37,457 nt of DNA. Source: Octopus bimaculoides. Its lineage: Eukaryota. The stretch spans positions 8,133,516-8,170,972 of the forward strand of contig NC_068985.1 of assembly GCF_001194135.2 (NCBI RefSeq), read 5' to 3'. Below, in pieces: positions 35,783 to 37,457 of the stretch. Numbering within the stretch: the stretch's first letter is position 1; the number at the start of each line of letters is the position of its first letter. The notes beneath the pieces were generated by a model that had not been told where the DNA came from, did not search any database, and saw nothing but the letters and a program-made list of their open reading frames with translations. The translations under genes were made by a program, and so were the position numbers.

Positions 35783-37116
35783 CAGCAACCTCGGTTCTCT
35801 AACGTCTCACATGTCGAACAAATCGGTTTTCGAACAGAAAATTCGAGATGAAAATGTCTCGGTTATCGAACAAACTTTCGCTTCTCGAATAACGTTGCCG
35901 AACCGAGTTAACCTGAACGGAATCATTTCTGAGTCGATGCCGTGTCGTATACGTTGTGCTGTGCTTTTCTTTTCTAACTTTATTGTACTGTGCCTTTTTT
36001 TCTCTTCCTTAGCCCTTAGTCATGGCTCCAAGGGAAGCTAGTAGTGATACTGGTAAAGGGAAAAGAAAAGTTGAGAGAAAAACAATTGCGGTGAAGAAAG
36101 AAATCATCGCAAAACACGAAAATGGCGTTCGTGTGTCAGATCTCGCTGTACATATAGTACGGTATACCTAAATCGACAATATCTACTATTCTAAAAAAAA
36201 TAGGGAAGTGATAAAAGCAGCTGATATTGCAAAAGGATGGACTATTATTAATAAACAAAGACCAAAGATTCTCGAAGCAGTGGATAAGTTTTTGCTTACT
36301 TTTATAAATGAGAAACAGTTAGCAGGTGACAGTATTAGTGAAGCATTTATTTATGAGAAAGCATTAGAAATGTAAAATAATCTAGTAAAGAAAACTCGTA
36401 CAAGTGCTGAAAGTGAAACTTTTGAATTCAAAGCTAGCAGGCGAGTTCAAACAAGGAAGTGGCTGAGAAATTTGTGATTGAGTTTAGCGATTTGATAAAG
36501 GAAGGAGGTTATCTCCCCCAACAGGTGTTTAACAGGTGTGGATGAAACAGGATTATTTTGGAAACGAATGCCAAATAGAGCCTATATTACTAAGGAGGAA
36601 ATAGCGTTACCAGGACACAAGAGACTCACTCTTTTGCTATGCGGCAACGCAAGTGGCGATTTCGAGGTCAAGCCATTGCTTGTTTACTATTCCGATAATC
36701 CGGGGGGTTTTCAAAAGAAACAATGTTATGAAGAGTAAATTGCCTGTTATGTGGCGGGCTAATACGAAGGCTTGGGTAACCAGACAATTTTGTATTAAGT
36801 GAATTCATGAAGTTTTTGGTCCGAGTGTTAAAAAATACCTGTAAGAAAGAAAAAAACATGTCACTAAAATGCCTTCTCCTGTTAAACGATGCTCCCGCAC
36901 ATCCTCCAGGTTTGGAGGATCACTTAGTTGAAAAGTCCGATTTTATTCAGATCAAATATCTGCCACCTAACATAATTCCTCTGATACAACCAATGGACCA
37001 ACAGGTCGTTGCAAACTTTAAGAAACTTTACACAAAATCCCCGTTTCGAAAGTGTTTTCAAGCCACTAATGACAGTTAATTCTCAGAGAATTTCAGAAAA
37101 ATCATTTCAATATCCT
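35783..37116 (+). mobile_element. Tigger/pogo-like DNA transposon, 3'-truncated, pseudogenised transposase
   Basis: TA followed by cagcaacctcgg terminus; KKEIIAKHENGVRVSDLA (CENP-B-type HTH), DETGLFWKRMP, RLTLLLCGNASG, LLLLNDAPAHP, LPPNI..LIQPMDQQV. Confidence 0.92.
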
Positions 37117-37342
37117 ATACGGGACAGTGCTACTGACATTTATAGCCCCAGGAAAACATCTCTTCCAGCTGGCCAACGCCACACATTCTGTGTCCGATTA
37201 GTATTTGCGAGGGGAGGTCATCGCTCCCATCCGTAGCCTTACGTAATAGATACATGGACTCGAGTTTCTGGGTGGTTACCCGTTCTCAGCGTGTATTAAT
37301 CACCAGCTAGTGATGAAAACTCACCCCAATCGCAAAATACTA
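37113..37342. mobile_element. Partial third member (E3) of the foldback family, with a longer interior
   Basis: gtgctactgacatttatagccccaggaaaacatctcttccagctgg..ctgtgtcc aligns with the E1/E2 arm; an imperfect inverted pair follows at 37199-37225 and 37309-37342. Confidence 0.65.
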
Positions 37343-37457
37343 TATGTTCTTTCCAGCGATGAACCATCGCTGATCTCGGAAAAGGAGAAAGAAGCTATAT
37401 TAAATCTCTGAGCAAGATGTAATAGTAGCAATACGGAATCGTAACATATATATATAT

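Noticed and set aside
1221-36041. Long ORFs in the track that are mostly X or CV/HT/YI repeats
   Set aside because: Artefacts of N gaps and dinucleotide microsatellites.
1-37457. CRISPR array or prokaryotic operon-like system
   Set aside because: No regularly spaced repeat-spacer units and no gene-dense coding; the content is eukaryotic transposon debris.

Overview
Eukaryotic, AT-rich, repeat-saturated draft scaffold with 13 N-gaps, most flanked by microsatellites. The SINE families and microsatellite load look like a cephalopod (Octopus-like) genome; that is an inference. No host protein-coding gene, rRNA, true tRNA or CRISPR array is supported. Recognisable content is decayed mobile DNA: three CR1/L2-group LINE pieces, three RTE pieces, an R4-like piece, a Tx1/L1-like piece, Penelope-like elements (PLE), three tRNA-headed SINE families, and mariner, Tc1/maT-like and Tigger/pogo transposase relics. 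The main discovery is a foldback insertion family I cannot name, with two complete copies (15676-15950 and 26037-26311, opposite orientation) and related pieces at 37113-37436. Each complete copy has an 80-105 bp-arm hairpin plus a ~50 nt unpaired end carrying a small ATCTCTC/GAGAGAT hairpin, and is bounded by a 12-13 bp target-site duplication (TSD). Arms within a copy are ~94-95% complementary, while the two copies are only ~60-65% identical by hand alignment. A second notable signal is a variant minimal hammerhead-ribozyme-like motif present twice (1159-1194, 33342-33378). All alignments were done by eye, and boundaries of decayed elements are approximate.
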